A DNA stretch of 64,000 nucleotides. Origin: an uncultured Verrucomicrobiota bacterium (GTDB lineage: Bacteria; Verrucomicrobiota; Kiritimatiellia; CAIVKH01). Positions 19,677 through 29,098 of the stretch are shown here, in pieces. A program made the translations under genes and the position numbers. Below the pieces are notes generated by a model, which was not told the origin of the DNA, made no database searches, and worked only from the letters and a program-made list of their open reading frames with translations. Position 1 is the stretch's first letter, and every line of letters begins with the position of its first letter. The stretch lies in the NCBI GenBank assembly GCA_964470065.1, contig CAYYAR010000004.1, positions 26,329 through 90,328 of the forward strand, given 5' to 3'.

Positions 19677-19811
19677 GGCGTGATCCTTTCGTGATTTAAC
19701 TGCCGCCACACTAGCAAGAGACCTATAGCAACTAATGCTATAGGTTAAGAATTAAAAAAATTATTTCTCTTGGTGCCGGTTTCCGTCCTGATTCATAGTT
19801 GGGCCCGTGAC

Positions 19812-20945
19812 ATGAGCACGCCGCCGTTCAATAGCCGTCAGGCATGTATCGCGCTGAATATGCTGGATCAAATCGGTCCGGTGCGAACGCGCAAGATGGT
19901 CGAAGCGCTCGGTTCTCCGGAGGCGATCTTCCAGGCGAGCGAGGACGAGCTCGCCCGCATTCCCGGCGTCGGGCGCGAGGCGGTGCGATCGATCATTGCG
20001 GACGGATCCGGGATCGATCCCGTTGCCGAGGAGAGAAAAGCGGGCAAGCAAGGTATCCGCATCGTGACCTGGATGGAGGCGGAATATCCGGATGCCTTGA
20101 AGGAAATCCACGACCCGCCATTGGCGCTCTATATACAAGGACAGATCCTCCCGGCCGACCGGCATGCGTTGGCGATCGTCGGAACGCGCCATGCCACGCA
20201 TTATGGTTCATCGGTCGCGGACCGGCTGGCCTACGGGCTGGCCAAAGCCGGCTTTACCATCGTCAGCGGTCTGGCCCGGGGGATCGATACCGTGGCTCAT
20301 GAAGCCGCCTTGAAGGCGGGCGGGCGCACCCTCGGGGTGCTCGGCAGCGCGATCGATCAGTTTTATCCGCGGGAAAATCTCGAACTGGGCAAGAAGATGG
20401 CCTCGCAGGGCGCCGTGATCAGCGAGTATCCACTCGGCCGCCCGCCGGACCGGCAAACCTTTCCGTACCGCAACCGCATCGTGGCCGGGATGACCATGGG
20501 GATCATCGTGGTGGAGGCGGGGGAAAAGAGCGGAGCAGTCATCACCGCGAACGCCGCGCTCGAGCAGGGGCGTCACGTGTTTGCCGTGCCGGGACGCATC
20601 GATAACCCGGCCGCACGCGGTTGCCATGGCCTTATAAAATCGGGGGCAAAATTGATTGAAACCATCGACGATATCGTCGATGACCTGCAGATGCTGATAC
20701 CGAAAAAGATTGACCAGCAGGCCACTAATTTGAAAAAGACCCCTGACGTCATGCTCTCGGCCGACGAGGCGGCGATCGTGAAGGCCCTCGGTGGCGGCGG
20801 TCGTCAGGTGGATGAATTGGCCCGCGCCTGCGGGTTGTCGGCCGCCCGGTTGAACAGCCTTTTGCTCGGCCTGGAGATGAAGAAAGTAGTGCGCACGCTG
20901 CCGGGACGCCTGGTGGAGATGCGCGAAATCATGCAAGTGGGATAG
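19812..20945 (+). CDS. dprA: DNA processing protein DprA (Smf)
   Basis: DprA Rossmann-like core IVSGLARGIDTVAHEAALKAGGRTLGVLGSAID...AVPGRID, plus a C-terminal winged-helix region. The ORF begins at 19770; ATG 19812 (MSTPPF) is preferred. Confidence 0.85.
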   Translation: MSTPPFNSRQACIALNMLDQIGPVRTRKMVEALGSPEAIFQASEDELARIPGVGREAVRSIIADGSGIDPVAEERKAGKQGIRIVTWMEAEYPDALKEIHDPPLALYIQGQILPADRHALAIVGTRHATHYGSSVADRLAYGLAKAGFTIVSGLARGIDTVAHEAALKAGGRTLGVLGSAIDQFYPRENLELGKKMASQGAVISEYPLGRPPDRQTFPYRNRIVAGMTMGIIVVEAGEKSGAVITANAALEQGRHVFAVPGRIDNPAARGCHGLIKSGAKLIETIDDIVDDLQMLIPKKIDQQATNLKKTPDVMLSADEAAIVKALGGGGRQVDELARACGLSAARLNSLLLGLEMKKVVRTLPGRLVEMREIMQVG

Positions 20946-20954
20946 CGAAGTATC

Positions 20955-23504
20955 ATGGCAAAAAATCTCGTCATCGTAGAGTCGCCGGCCAAGGCGAAGA
21001 CCATCAACAAAATACTCGGCAAGGATTACGTGGTGAAGGCCTCGATGGGCCATGTCCGTGATCTCCCGGAAAAGGAAATCGGCGTCGACCTCGAGAAGAA
21101 TTTCAAGCCAAAGTACGTCAATATCAAGACCCGCGACAAGGTGGTGAAGGAATTGAAGTCCGCCGCCGACGGGGTGGAAACGATCATTCTCGCGCCCGAT
21201 CCCGACCGCGAGGGAGAGGCCATCGCCTGGCACCTTATGGCCGCGCTGAAGGGCACGGTGCCTCCGGAAAATTTCCAGCGCGTGACCTACAACGAAATTA
21301 CCGCCCCGGCCATCCGGGAAGCTTTCGCCCGCCCCCGGAAAATCAATCAGCACAAAGTCGACGCCCAGCAGGCCCGGCGCGTGTTGGACCGGATTGTCGG
21401 CTACCAGGTCAGTCCGCTCTTGTGGCGGCGCATCCGCGGCGCATCGAGCGCGGGACGGGTGCAGTCGGTGGCGTTGCGCATTGTGTGCGACCGGGAAAAG
21501 GAAATCATGAACTTCAAGCCCGAGGCCTACTGGCTGATGGGCGCCCGCGTGAAGAAACAGACGCCGCCGGTGGAGCCGTTTGCCATCAAACTCGCCCGCA
21601 TGGACGGCGAGAAGGCCGACATCAAATCCGCCGAACAAGCCGAAGCCATCCGGCGCGATCTGGAGGGCCGCACGATCCGGGTCAGCGCGTTGGCCTCGCG
21701 GGAAATCTCCAAACGGCCGCAACCCGCCTACATCACCAGTTCATTGCAGCAGGCCGGCAACCGGTTTTATGGTTTCCCTCCCACCCGCACCATGCGCATT
21801 GCGCAGAAGCTCTATGAAGGTGTCGATGTCGGTCAGGGCGTGGTTGGTTTGATTACCTACATGCGTACCGACTCGGTCAACATTTCGCCCCTGGCGCAAC
21901 AGGCCGCGAGGGAATTTATTCATCGCGAATTCGGTACGGAGTTTCTACCCGACCGCCCGCCCGTCTACAAAAGCAAGGACAACGCTCAGGAGGCCCACGA
22001 GGCCATCCGCCCGACCGACGTGAACCTCACGCCCGAGAAGGTGGCCCACGCGCTCGATCCCGAGGCGCTGAAGCTGTACCGCATCATCTGGCAGCGGTTT
22101 GTGGCCAGTCAGATGGCGCCAGCCAAAATTGCCCAGCGCACCGCGGAGTTTGAAGCGATCGCCGGCGATCGCCCGGGCACGCACAGCTATCTGTTCCGCG
22201 CCTCCGCCTCGGATGTGGTTTTTCCCGGCTATATGAAGGTAACCGGAATCGAGAAGGAAAAGAAAAGCGAAGCCGAGGATGTCGAAGGCGAGGAAGAGGA
22301 CATAGCACTTCCGCCCCTGACCGAGGGCGAGCCACTCGACCACGTGGAGTGGCTCGAGGAGCGCAAAGAGACCCAGCCACCGCCGCGCTATACCGAATCA
22401 TCGCTGGTGAAGGCGCTCGAAGACAACGGGGTGGGCCGTCCCAGCACCTATGCACAGACCGTGTCGACGATCGTCGATCGCGACTATGTCTCGAAAGACA
22501 AGCGCACGCTCAAGCCGACCTCGCGCGGCATGCAGGTGAATGACTTTCTTGCCCGCTATCTGCCCGACCTGTTCGATATCGGTTTCACCGCCGGCATGGA
22601 AAAGGAACTCGATGAAATCGAAGAGGGCAAGGTGGTGTGGACCGACATGCTGGGCCGGTTCTACGGATCCTTCCTGGGCTGGGTCGATAAAGCCAAATCG
22701 CCACCGGCCGATCTCAAGGTGGTCGACGGACTGATCGAGTTGTTGTCGGGCGTCAAGGAGTGGGCGCCCGCTACCAAGCGTGGCAAGAAAACCTACAGCG
22801 ACGAGAAATTTGTCCAGTCCGTCCACGAGCAAAAGGTGAGCAACGATCCGCCGCTTACCGATCGCCAGCAGGAAGCGCTGGTGAAAATGGCGATGCGATA
22901 CAAGGAGCAGTTGCCCTCGCTGGAGGCGAGATTCCATGATCTGGGACTGACCGAGGAACTGGTCAAGTATCACGAATCCACCCTGCCGCCGCGCCCTGAA
23001 AGTATTCTGAAGCTGGCGTTGTTGCGCGGGGTCGACTGCGATCCGCCGCGGCAGGTTGGCAAGAAGACCTATAGCGACAAGGAGTTCATCGCCTCGCTCG
23101 ACCAGCAAGTCACGGGCGGCAAGCGGCTCAGTGAAAACCAACTCAAGTACCTCGACCGTTTGGTGCTGAAGTATGCGCATCAGATTCCTGATTTCGAGAG
23201 CCGCAAGGCCGAGTTGAAAATCGAGGAAGGTCCGCCGGTCGAGACCGATCCGCAGGCCGGGGAGATCCTCGAATTGATCGGCAAAATCACCGAGTGGAAA
23301 GAACCGGTGAAACGCGGCAAGCGCGTCTGGGACGACAAGGAATTTTACCAGTCGCTCGACCGCCAGTTCCGCCAGAAAAAAAGCCTTTCGCCGCGCCAGG
23401 TCGCGGCCATGCGCAAAATGGCCGCCCGCTACGCCGGCGCGATTCCGGGTTACGCGGATCACGCCGAGCGGTTGAATCTGAAGGCGGGCAAGGCTAGGGA
23501 GTAG
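20955..23504 (+). CDS. topA: DNA topoisomerase I with three C-terminal ~80-aa repeats instead of zinc ribbons
   Basis: Toprim N-terminus MAKNLVIVESPAKAKTINKILG and a type IA core. The C-terminus contains three repeats (KRGKKTYSDEKFVQSV..., GKKTYSDKEFIASL..., KRGKRVWDDKEFYQSL...) typical of the topoisomerase C-terminal repeat family. Confidence 0.95.
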   Translation: MAKNLVIVESPAKAKTINKILGKDYVVKASMGHVRDLPEKEIGVDLEKNFKPKYVNIKTRDKVVKELKSAADGVETIILAPDPDREGEAIAWHLMAALKGTVPPENFQRVTYNEITAPAIREAFARPRKINQHKVDAQQARRVLDRIVGYQVSPLLWRRIRGASSAGRVQSVALRIVCDREKEIMNFKPEAYWLMGARVKKQTPPVEPFAIKLARMDGEKADIKSAEQAEAIRRDLEGRTIRVSALASREISKRPQPAYITSSLQQAGNRFYGFPPTRTMRIAQKLYEGVDVGQGVVGLITYMRTDSVNISPLAQQAAREFIHREFGTEFLPDRPPVYKSKDNAQEAHEAIRPTDVNLTPEKVAHALDPEALKLYRIIWQRFVASQMAPAKIAQRTAEFEAIAGDRPGTHSYLFRASASDVVFPGYMKVTGIEKEKKSEAEDVEGEEEDIALPPLTEGEPLDHVEWLEERKETQPPPRYTESSLVKALEDNGVGRPSTYAQTVSTIVDRDYVSKDKRTLKPTSRGMQVNDFLARYLPDLFDIGFTAGMEKELDEIEEGKVVWTDMLGRFYGSFLGWVDKAKSPPADLKVVDGLIELLSGVKEWAPATKRGKKTYSDEKFVQSVHEQKVSNDPPLTDRQQEALVKMAMRYKEQLPSLEARFHDLGLTEELVKYHESTLPPRPESILKLALLRGVDCDPPRQVGKKTYSDKEFIASLDQQVTGGKRLSENQLKYLDRLVLKYAHQIPDFESRKAELKIEEGPPVETDPQAGEILELIGKITEWKEPVKRGKRVWDDKEFYQSLDRQFRQKKSLSPRQVAAMRKMAARYAGAIPGYADHAERLNLKAGKARE

Positions 23505-23553
23505 ACTCCCCGGGGAGTTTGACGACCTGCGGTATTTAGGCTAGATTGCCCAT

Positions 23554-23799
23554 ATGAAAACAACCATTGATATTGCTAGCAATATTATGGAGCGGGCCAA
23601 GGGTGTGGCGCATGCGGATGGCGTAACCTTTCGTGAGTTGGTGGAAGAGGGACTTCTTCTCGCGGTTCGACAACGGGAAGTCAGGGCCAACAAGCCCATC
23701 AAGCCTGTCACCGTGAAGGGTAAAGGGTTGCACGAAGCTTTTCGCCACGGAGGCTGGGAGCAAATTAGAAATGCCGCGTATCAGGGACGCGGTGCATGA
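23554..23799 (+). CDS. Type II antitoxin (VapB-like)
   Basis: 81 aa; its stop overlaps the start of the downstream PIN toxin (ATGA). Confidence 0.65.
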   Translation: MKTTIDIASNIMERAKGVAHADGVTFRELVEEGLLLAVRQREVRANKPIKPVTVKGKGLHEAFRHGGWEQIRNAAYQGRGA

Positions 23800-24233
23800 T
23801 CGCCGTCGACACGAATCTTCTCGTGTATGCGCATCGCGAGGATTCGGACTTTCATAAATCCGCACTCTCTGCCTTGTTGGGTTTGGCTGAGGGTAGTCGA
23901 GCTTGGGGCATCCCGTGGCCTTGCGTGCACGAATTCATCGCGATAGTGACCCATCCATCGATTTACAGCCCGCCTACCGATCCAGCAACCGCTCTGGCGG
24001 CGATACGGGTTTGGATCAAATCGCCGCTGTGCCGGATGATCGGCGAAGGGCCCGGCTACCTAGACCGCCTGGAAAAACTGACGCTTCATGCCAAGGTGCG
24101 CGGCCCGATGATTCACGATGCGCGTGTGGCGGCGATTTGTCTTCACAACGGCGTGACGGAACTGTGGTCGGCCGATCGGGACTTCTCTCGCTTCGGATCG
24201 CTCAAGGTTGTGAATCCGCTTATTGGGCGATAA
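23796..24233 (+). CDS. vapC: PIN-domain toxin VapC
   Basis: MIAVDTNLLVYA...D...HD signature acidic residues of PIN domains; 145 aa. Confidence 0.8.
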   Translation: MIAVDTNLLVYAHREDSDFHKSALSALLGLAEGSRAWGIPWPCVHEFIAIVTHPSIYSPPTDPATALAAIRVWIKSPLCRMIGEGPGYLDRLEKLTLHAKVRGPMIHDARVAAICLHNGVTELWSADRDFSRFGSLKVVNPLIGR

Positions 24234-24312
24234 AAAATGCCCCGCGCCCTCTTGGGTCAGGTCATACGCATTCTGCCGGCGCGACTAATCTGCGTCCTCA
24301 TACAGTAATCAA

Positions 24313-24345
24313 AGGCTTCGCGGCGGCTGGGCCGCGAAGCCTTTT
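24313..24345 (+). terminator. Rho-independent terminator after vapBC
   Basis: GGCTTCGCGGC-GGCTGG-GCCGCGAAGCC (11-bp stem) followed by TTTTT. Confidence 0.6.
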
Positions 24346-24478
24346 TCATGGCCGCATTTGACGGTATTCCGGCTAGTCGATAGTCTGGACGCATGAAACT
24401 AGCCAATCGTGGCACCTCGGCCGCGAATTCAATCCGCTTCACGGTCCCCGGCCGTCATGCTGCAGGGGTGCCGATAGC

Positions 24479-25429
24479 ATGACCCCGGACCCTGCCATGG
24501 AGGCGTTTGTCGCTTATTTGCGCGCCGAGCGCGATGCGAGTGAGCACACGATTGCGAATTACCTGATGGATATTCGCCAATTCATCGCGATCACCTGGGG
24601 CGAGAACGCCGCGCCACCGTTTGCCTGGAAGCGGGTGGATCGATTTGCCGCGCGTGGATTTCTGGTGCACCAGCAGAAGGCGGAAAAAACGCCGACCACG
24701 GCGCGCCGCAAATTGTCCAGCCTCCGGTCGTTCTTCAAGTTCATGATGCGCGAGGATCTCGTGACGCTGAATCCGTTCAGTGGACTGGTCATGCCCAAGC
24801 TGGCCCGCCGTCTGCCGAAGGTCCTGAGTATCGACGAAATAGGTCGTTTGTTGAATGCCCCGTTTCTTGACCGGGTCGAGCACGCCGAGCCGAAAAACAA
24901 GACATGGGATACGTATGCCCGCGATCGCGATGTGGCGATTCTCGAGTTGTTGTACTCGACCGGTGCGCGCTTGAGTGAAATTGCCGGACTCAAAGAAACG
25001 CAGCTCGATCTTCTCTCCGGGGTTCTAACCGTGCGCGGCAAAGGTAAAAAAGAGCGCATGTGTCCGTTGGGTAATCCGGCCGTCAAGGCGCTTCGACGGG
25101 CTCTCGATGCCCGCGAGGCGGTCTGGATAACCTTGGGCAAAACCGCCCGCCCGCCCGCCCTGTTTCTGAATAAATTCGGTGGCCGGCTCACCCCGCGCTC
25201 GATCGAACGCATGATGAAAAAATATTTAATCTCGTCCGGGTTGAATCCGGACTTGTCGCCGCACGCTTTGCGGCATAGCTTTGCCACCCATCTGCTCGAT
25301 GCCGGGGCGGATTTACGTAGTGTGCAGGAGCTGCTCGGCCATGCCAACCTCTCGACCACGCAAATCTATACCCACATCACGGTGGAACGTCTGCGCGAGG
25401 TGTACGACAAGGCGCACCCGAGGGCGTGA
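24479..25429 (+). CDS. xerC: Tyrosine site-specific recombinase XerC/XerD
   Basis: N-terminal SAM-like domain plus C-terminal catalytic RHSFATHLL...LGHANLSTTQIYTH (R..H..R..Y motifs). Lies in the conserved dprA-topA-xerC neighbourhood. Confidence 0.9.
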   Translation: MTPDPAMEAFVAYLRAERDASEHTIANYLMDIRQFIAITWGENAAPPFAWKRVDRFAARGFLVHQQKAEKTPTTARRKLSSLRSFFKFMMREDLVTLNPFSGLVMPKLARRLPKVLSIDEIGRLLNAPFLDRVEHAEPKNKTWDTYARDRDVAILELLYSTGARLSEIAGLKETQLDLLSGVLTVRGKGKKERMCPLGNPAVKALRRALDAREAVWITLGKTARPPALFLNKFGGRLTPRSIERMMKKYLISSGLNPDLSPHALRHSFATHLLDAGADLRSVQELLGHANLSTTQIYTHITVERLREVYDKAHPRA

Positions 25430-25434
25430 TACAT

Positions 25435-26745
25435 ATGATTTGGAAAATTTATAACATTTTATTTGCCCTCGTTTTTCCGCTGATGTTGCCGCGCTTTTTT
25501 TTGCGCATGCTCAAGCGAGGCGGCTACGGGAGGGATTTCGGGCAACGGATCGGCTGGTTCAGTCCGTCCGTGCTGGCACAATTGGGCGGATTGCCGCGGG
25601 TGTGGGTGCATGCCGTCAGCGTGGGCGAATTGTATGTGGCGCTGGAGCTGATGAAGGCGTGGCGCGCCCGCGAGCCGGACGTGCGTTTTGCCCTTACCAC
25701 CACCACGTCCACGGCCTATGCCCTGGCCCGCCGGGCCATGAGCGCTCCGGATGTGGTTCTGTATTTCCCGGTCGACTTCCCGCCGGTGATGCAACGCGTT
25801 TTTCGCGCGATCAATCCCCGCATGCTGGTCCTGGTCGAGGTCGAGTTGTGGCCCAACCTGATCCGCATGGCGCGCGCCCGCTTTCTACCGGTGTTTCTCG
25901 TCAACGCGCGCATGAGCGACCGCTCGTTTACCCGCTACCGGAAAGTCGGCTTCCTGACGCGAAAATTGCTGCCGGAGTTTGACCTGATCGCCGCGCAATC
26001 GGCCGAGGACGTCCGGCGTTTTGTCGCACTGGGCGCAAACCCTGCGTTGACCATCAACCTCGGTAGCGCAAAGTATGACGTGGCCTTGGCGACACCGGCC
26101 GGCGAAAGCGCGAAGGCGCTTGCCGTCATGCGCGCGGCCGGCATCACGCCGGAACATCGCGTGATTCTTGGCGGATCCACCTGGCCCGGCGAGGAGGATG
26201 CGTTGGTGGATGTGTATCGCGGCCTGAAAACGCGCTACCGCAATCTGGTGCTGGTGATCGCGCCGCGGCACGTCGAGCGCACCCCGGACATCGTCAGCGC
26301 GCTGAAGGCCCGGGTCGGCAAGCTGGTGTTGCGATCCAGCGTGCCGGACAAACCGTCCCCTGCAGCATCCCCGCCGCCCGATGTGTTGTTGATCGACACC
26401 ACCGGCGAGTTGAAACATTTTTACGCCTGTGCCGATGTGATTTTCGTCGGCAAGAGCCTGACCCGGCATGGCGGTCAGAACATCATCGAGCCGGCGCTCT
26501 ACGGCAAGCCCGTCCTCGTCGGGCCCCACATGGAAAATTTCCCGGCCATCATGGATGATTTTCTCGCCGCCGGCGCAATCATGCAGGTGAAGGATCTACA
26601 AGGTTTGCGGCGCGCCGCGGATGATTTGATATGCTCGCCGGAGAAACGGGCGGAAATGGGCGCCGCCGCCCGCAAGGTCGTCGAGGACAAGAGCGGTTCG
26701 TTGCATTTGTTTCTCGATCGGTTGCTCAAGGCGGTTGCTCCGTGA
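25435..26745 (+). CDS. waaA: 3-deoxy-D-manno-octulosonic acid (Kdo) transferase
   Basis: HAVSVGE motif near the N-terminus and a GT30 C-terminal domain. GTG at 25426 overlapping the xerC stop is an alternative start. Confidence 0.85.
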   Translation: MIWKIYNILFALVFPLMLPRFFLRMLKRGGYGRDFGQRIGWFSPSVLAQLGGLPRVWVHAVSVGELYVALELMKAWRAREPDVRFALTTTTSTAYALARRAMSAPDVVLYFPVDFPPVMQRVFRAINPRMLVLVEVELWPNLIRMARARFLPVFLVNARMSDRSFTRYRKVGFLTRKLLPEFDLIAAQSAEDVRRFVALGANPALTINLGSAKYDVALATPAGESAKALAVMRAAGITPEHRVILGGSTWPGEEDALVDVYRGLKTRYRNLVLVIAPRHVERTPDIVSALKARVGKLVLRSSVPDKPSPAASPPPDVLLIDTTGELKHFYACADVIFVGKSLTRHGGQNIIEPALYGKPVLVGPHMENFPAIMDDFLAAGAIMQVKDLQGLRRAADDLICSPEKRAEMGAAARKVVEDKSGSLHLFLDRLLKAVAP

Positions 26746-26951
26746 AAACCGTCGCCTCGGTCAACTGGATTCATCAGGCGGACCGCATCCGCATGTTTCT
26801 TGAGGCCCACGGCATCGAGGCGTTCATTCCCGACGAGGGCATGGCCACGGCCAATCCCTTGATGGGCACCGCCATCGGTGGTATTAGGGTACAGGTACCG
26901 GATGAGTCGTTCGACGAGGCCATTCAATTACTAAAGGCTTTTCAATCATGA
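26742..26951 (+). CDS. DUF2007-family small protein (putative signal-transducing protein)
   Basis: GTG start overlapping the waaA stop (GTGA). 69 aa, VKTVASVNWIHQADRIRMFLEAHGIEAFIPDE...IRVQVPDESFDEAIQLL. The stop overlaps the next start (ATGA). Confidence 0.55.
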   Translation: MKTVASVNWIHQADRIRMFLEAHGIEAFIPDEGMATANPLMGTAIGGIRVQVPDESFDEAIQLLKAFQS

Positions 26952-27481
26952 GTATTACAACCAAAGTAGGCGATCGCGGAACCACATTTCTGTTTTCCGG
27001 CGAAGAAGTTTCCAAGGATTGTGCCCGCACCAATGCCTACGGCGATGTGGACGAACTGGTAAGCGTGCTGGGCGTGGCCCGGGCCCAATCCGCCAAGGTC
27101 GACATTCGCGAGACGATTTTCTGGATTCAGTGTGAATTATTCGTCGTGGCCGCTGAGCTCGCTACGGAGACTGATGCCATCAACCTGATCAAGGAGCGCA
27201 TCGATGAGACGCGTCTTGGCCAGCTGGATCAGCGACGCGATGCGCTGGAGCTGAAAATCAAGATGCCCACCGGTTTCATCATTCCCGGTGGCACGCCGGT
27301 GGCGGCGATGATCGATCATGCCCGCACCGTGGCCCGGCGCTGTGAACGCCGCGCCGTCGGACTGCATAACGAAGGCTTGATTCACAATGCGCACCTGCTG
27401 GTCTGGCTCAACCGGTTGTCCGATTTTCTCTGGCTGCTTGCCCGTTACGAAGAGGGCAACGCCACTGTCCTCAAGCCATGA
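26948..27481 (+). CDS. ATP:cob(I)alamin adenosyltransferase, PduO/MMAB type
   Basis: MSITTKVGDRGTTFLFSGEEVSKDCARTNAYGDVDEL is the typical PduO-type N-terminus; 177 aa. Confidence 0.8.
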   Translation: MSITTKVGDRGTTFLFSGEEVSKDCARTNAYGDVDELVSVLGVARAQSAKVDIRETIFWIQCELFVVAAELATETDAINLIKERIDETRLGQLDQRRDALELKIKMPTGFIIPGGTPVAAMIDHARTVARRCERRAVGLHNEGLIHNAHLLVWLNRLSDFLWLLARYEEGNATVLKP

Positions 27482-28398
27482 CCTTGGCCGACGAGCTGGC
27501 CGGACGCGGCGTCCGCACGATTACCGGCGCCCGGCTTGCCGACTTCACCACCTTCCGGCTCGGCGGCGCCTGCCCGGTGCTGGTCGATTGTGACTCGGAA
27601 CATTCCTTCAGCTCGGTGTGGCCACTTTTGGGTCCATCAGAGGCAATATTGTTGGGCGGGGGATCCAATCTGCTGGTGAGCGACGCGGGTTTAACCAGCC
27701 CGGTGGTGCGGTACGTTTCCACCCGGCCGGAAATATATTTCGATGGCACGGCTGTTCGCGTAAGCGCCGGCACACTGCTCGATGATCTGGCTCGCATCAC
27801 GGCGGAGCGCGGACTCGACGGCATGGTCATGTGTTCGGGCATTCCAGGAACCGTGGGAGGCGCCGTGGCCGGAAATGCCGGAGCATTCGGCGAACAGATC
27901 GGGGATCGCGTGGTGGTCGTGCAGACGATGGATCGTCGCGGACACAAGCGCGAGCGGGTGCCGTCCGGACTGGCGTTTGCTTACCGCCGGTCGGCGCTGG
28001 CCGGCCTGGATGAGGTCATCGTGTCGGTGCGGTTGCAACTCGATGCCGGCGACCGGGAAAAACTGTTGGCGCGCCGCGCCGGGATTCTTGCCTTGCGCGC
28101 ATCGAAACATCCGGACTGGCGCGTGGTGCCGACGGCCGGGAGTTTTTTCAAGAATATCGAACCGACCTCGAAGGCGGATCGGCGTCAGGCCGCCGGGTGG
28201 TTTCTCGAACAGGCGGGTGCCTTGCGCATGAGCGTCGGGAGCGCCCGGACGTTTGAGCGACACGCCAATATCATTGTGTCCGGTCCGGGCGGCCGGTCAA
28301 GGGATGTGGCCCGGTTGTCGGAGATGATGGCCGGTGCGGTGGAAGAAAAGTTTGGATTGCGCCTCGAGCGCGAAGTGAAAATGCTGGGAGCGTTCTGA
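27478..28398 (+). CDS. murB: UDP-N-acetylenolpyruvoylglucosamine reductase
   Basis: FAD-binding domain LGGGSNLLVSD... and a MurB C-terminal domain; start overlaps the previous stop (ATGA). Confidence 0.85.
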   Translation: MTLADELAGRGVRTITGARLADFTTFRLGGACPVLVDCDSEHSFSSVWPLLGPSEAILLGGGSNLLVSDAGLTSPVVRYVSTRPEIYFDGTAVRVSAGTLLDDLARITAERGLDGMVMCSGIPGTVGGAVAGNAGAFGEQIGDRVVVVQTMDRRGHKRERVPSGLAFAYRRSALAGLDEVIVSVRLQLDAGDREKLLARRAGILALRASKHPDWRVVPTAGSFFKNIEPTSKADRRQAAGWFLEQAGALRMSVGSARTFERHANIIVSGPGGRSRDVARLSEMMAGAVEEKFGLRLEREVKMLGAF

Positions 28399-29084
28399 TG
28401 TTGGCAGGTGAATTCAAAGAAGTGATGAAGGTGCGGGACCTTCGCTGGTTCGGGCAGGATGTGTTTGAATTATCCCTCGAGCGCGAGGGTCTTGACTTCA
28501 CGCCGGGTGATTGCCTCGCGCTGTTTGCCGCAGATGGCCGGGTGTCGCGCCCCTACAGCATCGCGTCGGGTAACCGGGAAGATGCCATCCGTTTTATCAT
28601 TCGACTCATGCCGGGCGGCGAGGTGACGCCCTTTCTGGCTTCGCGCCGTCCGGGCGACGCGGTCCGGGTGAGTCCGCCGTTCGGCTGGTTTCGTCCCGGC
28701 GAGCACGCGGCGGAGCGGCCGTGTGTCTTTATCGCCACGGGAACCGGCATAGCCCCCTTTCGCTCCGTCTTGCGCAGCCAGCCGTCGCTTAAGCCGGCCG
28801 CGCTTCTCTATGGCGTGCGCAAGAAGGAGGACCTTGTCGATCCGGAGTGGCTGGTCGAGCGGGCCGGGGCGATGTTGGCGGTCTCGCGCGAGCAGGTGCC
28901 CGGTTGTTTCCACGGGCGCGTAACCCAGTTGCTCGACAGTCTCGGCGAACTCGGCGAGGCGGATTATTATCTTTGCGGTCTCGATACGATGATCGACGAA
29001 GTAACGAATTGGCTGGAAGCTCGCGGCACCGGAATCGTCCGCATTCATCGCGAATGTTTTTTTAACGCGTCGTATTACACCTAA
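28398..29084 (+). CDS. Ferredoxin-NADP reductase-like FAD/NAD(P)-binding oxidoreductase
   Basis: RPYSIAS FAD-binding motif and the GTGIAPF NAD(P)-binding motif. Confidence 0.75.
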   Translation: MLAGEFKEVMKVRDLRWFGQDVFELSLEREGLDFTPGDCLALFAADGRVSRPYSIASGNREDAIRFIIRLMPGGEVTPFLASRRPGDAVRVSPPFGWFRPGEHAAERPCVFIATGTGIAPFRSVLRSQPSLKPAALLYGVRKKEDLVDPEWLVERAGAMLAVSREQVPGCFHGRVTQLLDSLGELGEADYYLCGLDTMIDEVTNWLEARGTGIVRIHRECFFNASYYT

Positions 29085-29098
29085 CGGGGCCCGGTTGA

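Noticed and set aside
24406-24420. TGGCAC-N-GC sequence resembling a sigma-54 -24/-12 element upstream of xerC.
   Set aside because: The -12 region is CCGC rather than TTGC. This is a single weak match and xerC is not an expected sigma-54 target, so it is probably chance.
24479-25429. Considered whether xerC plus the adjacent VapBC marks an integrative mobile element.
   Set aside because: xerC lies in the conserved dprA-topA-xerC housekeeping neighbourhood. It is translationally coupled to waaA/murB, and no att-like repeats were found around it. A chromosomal dimer-resolution recombinase is the simpler reading.
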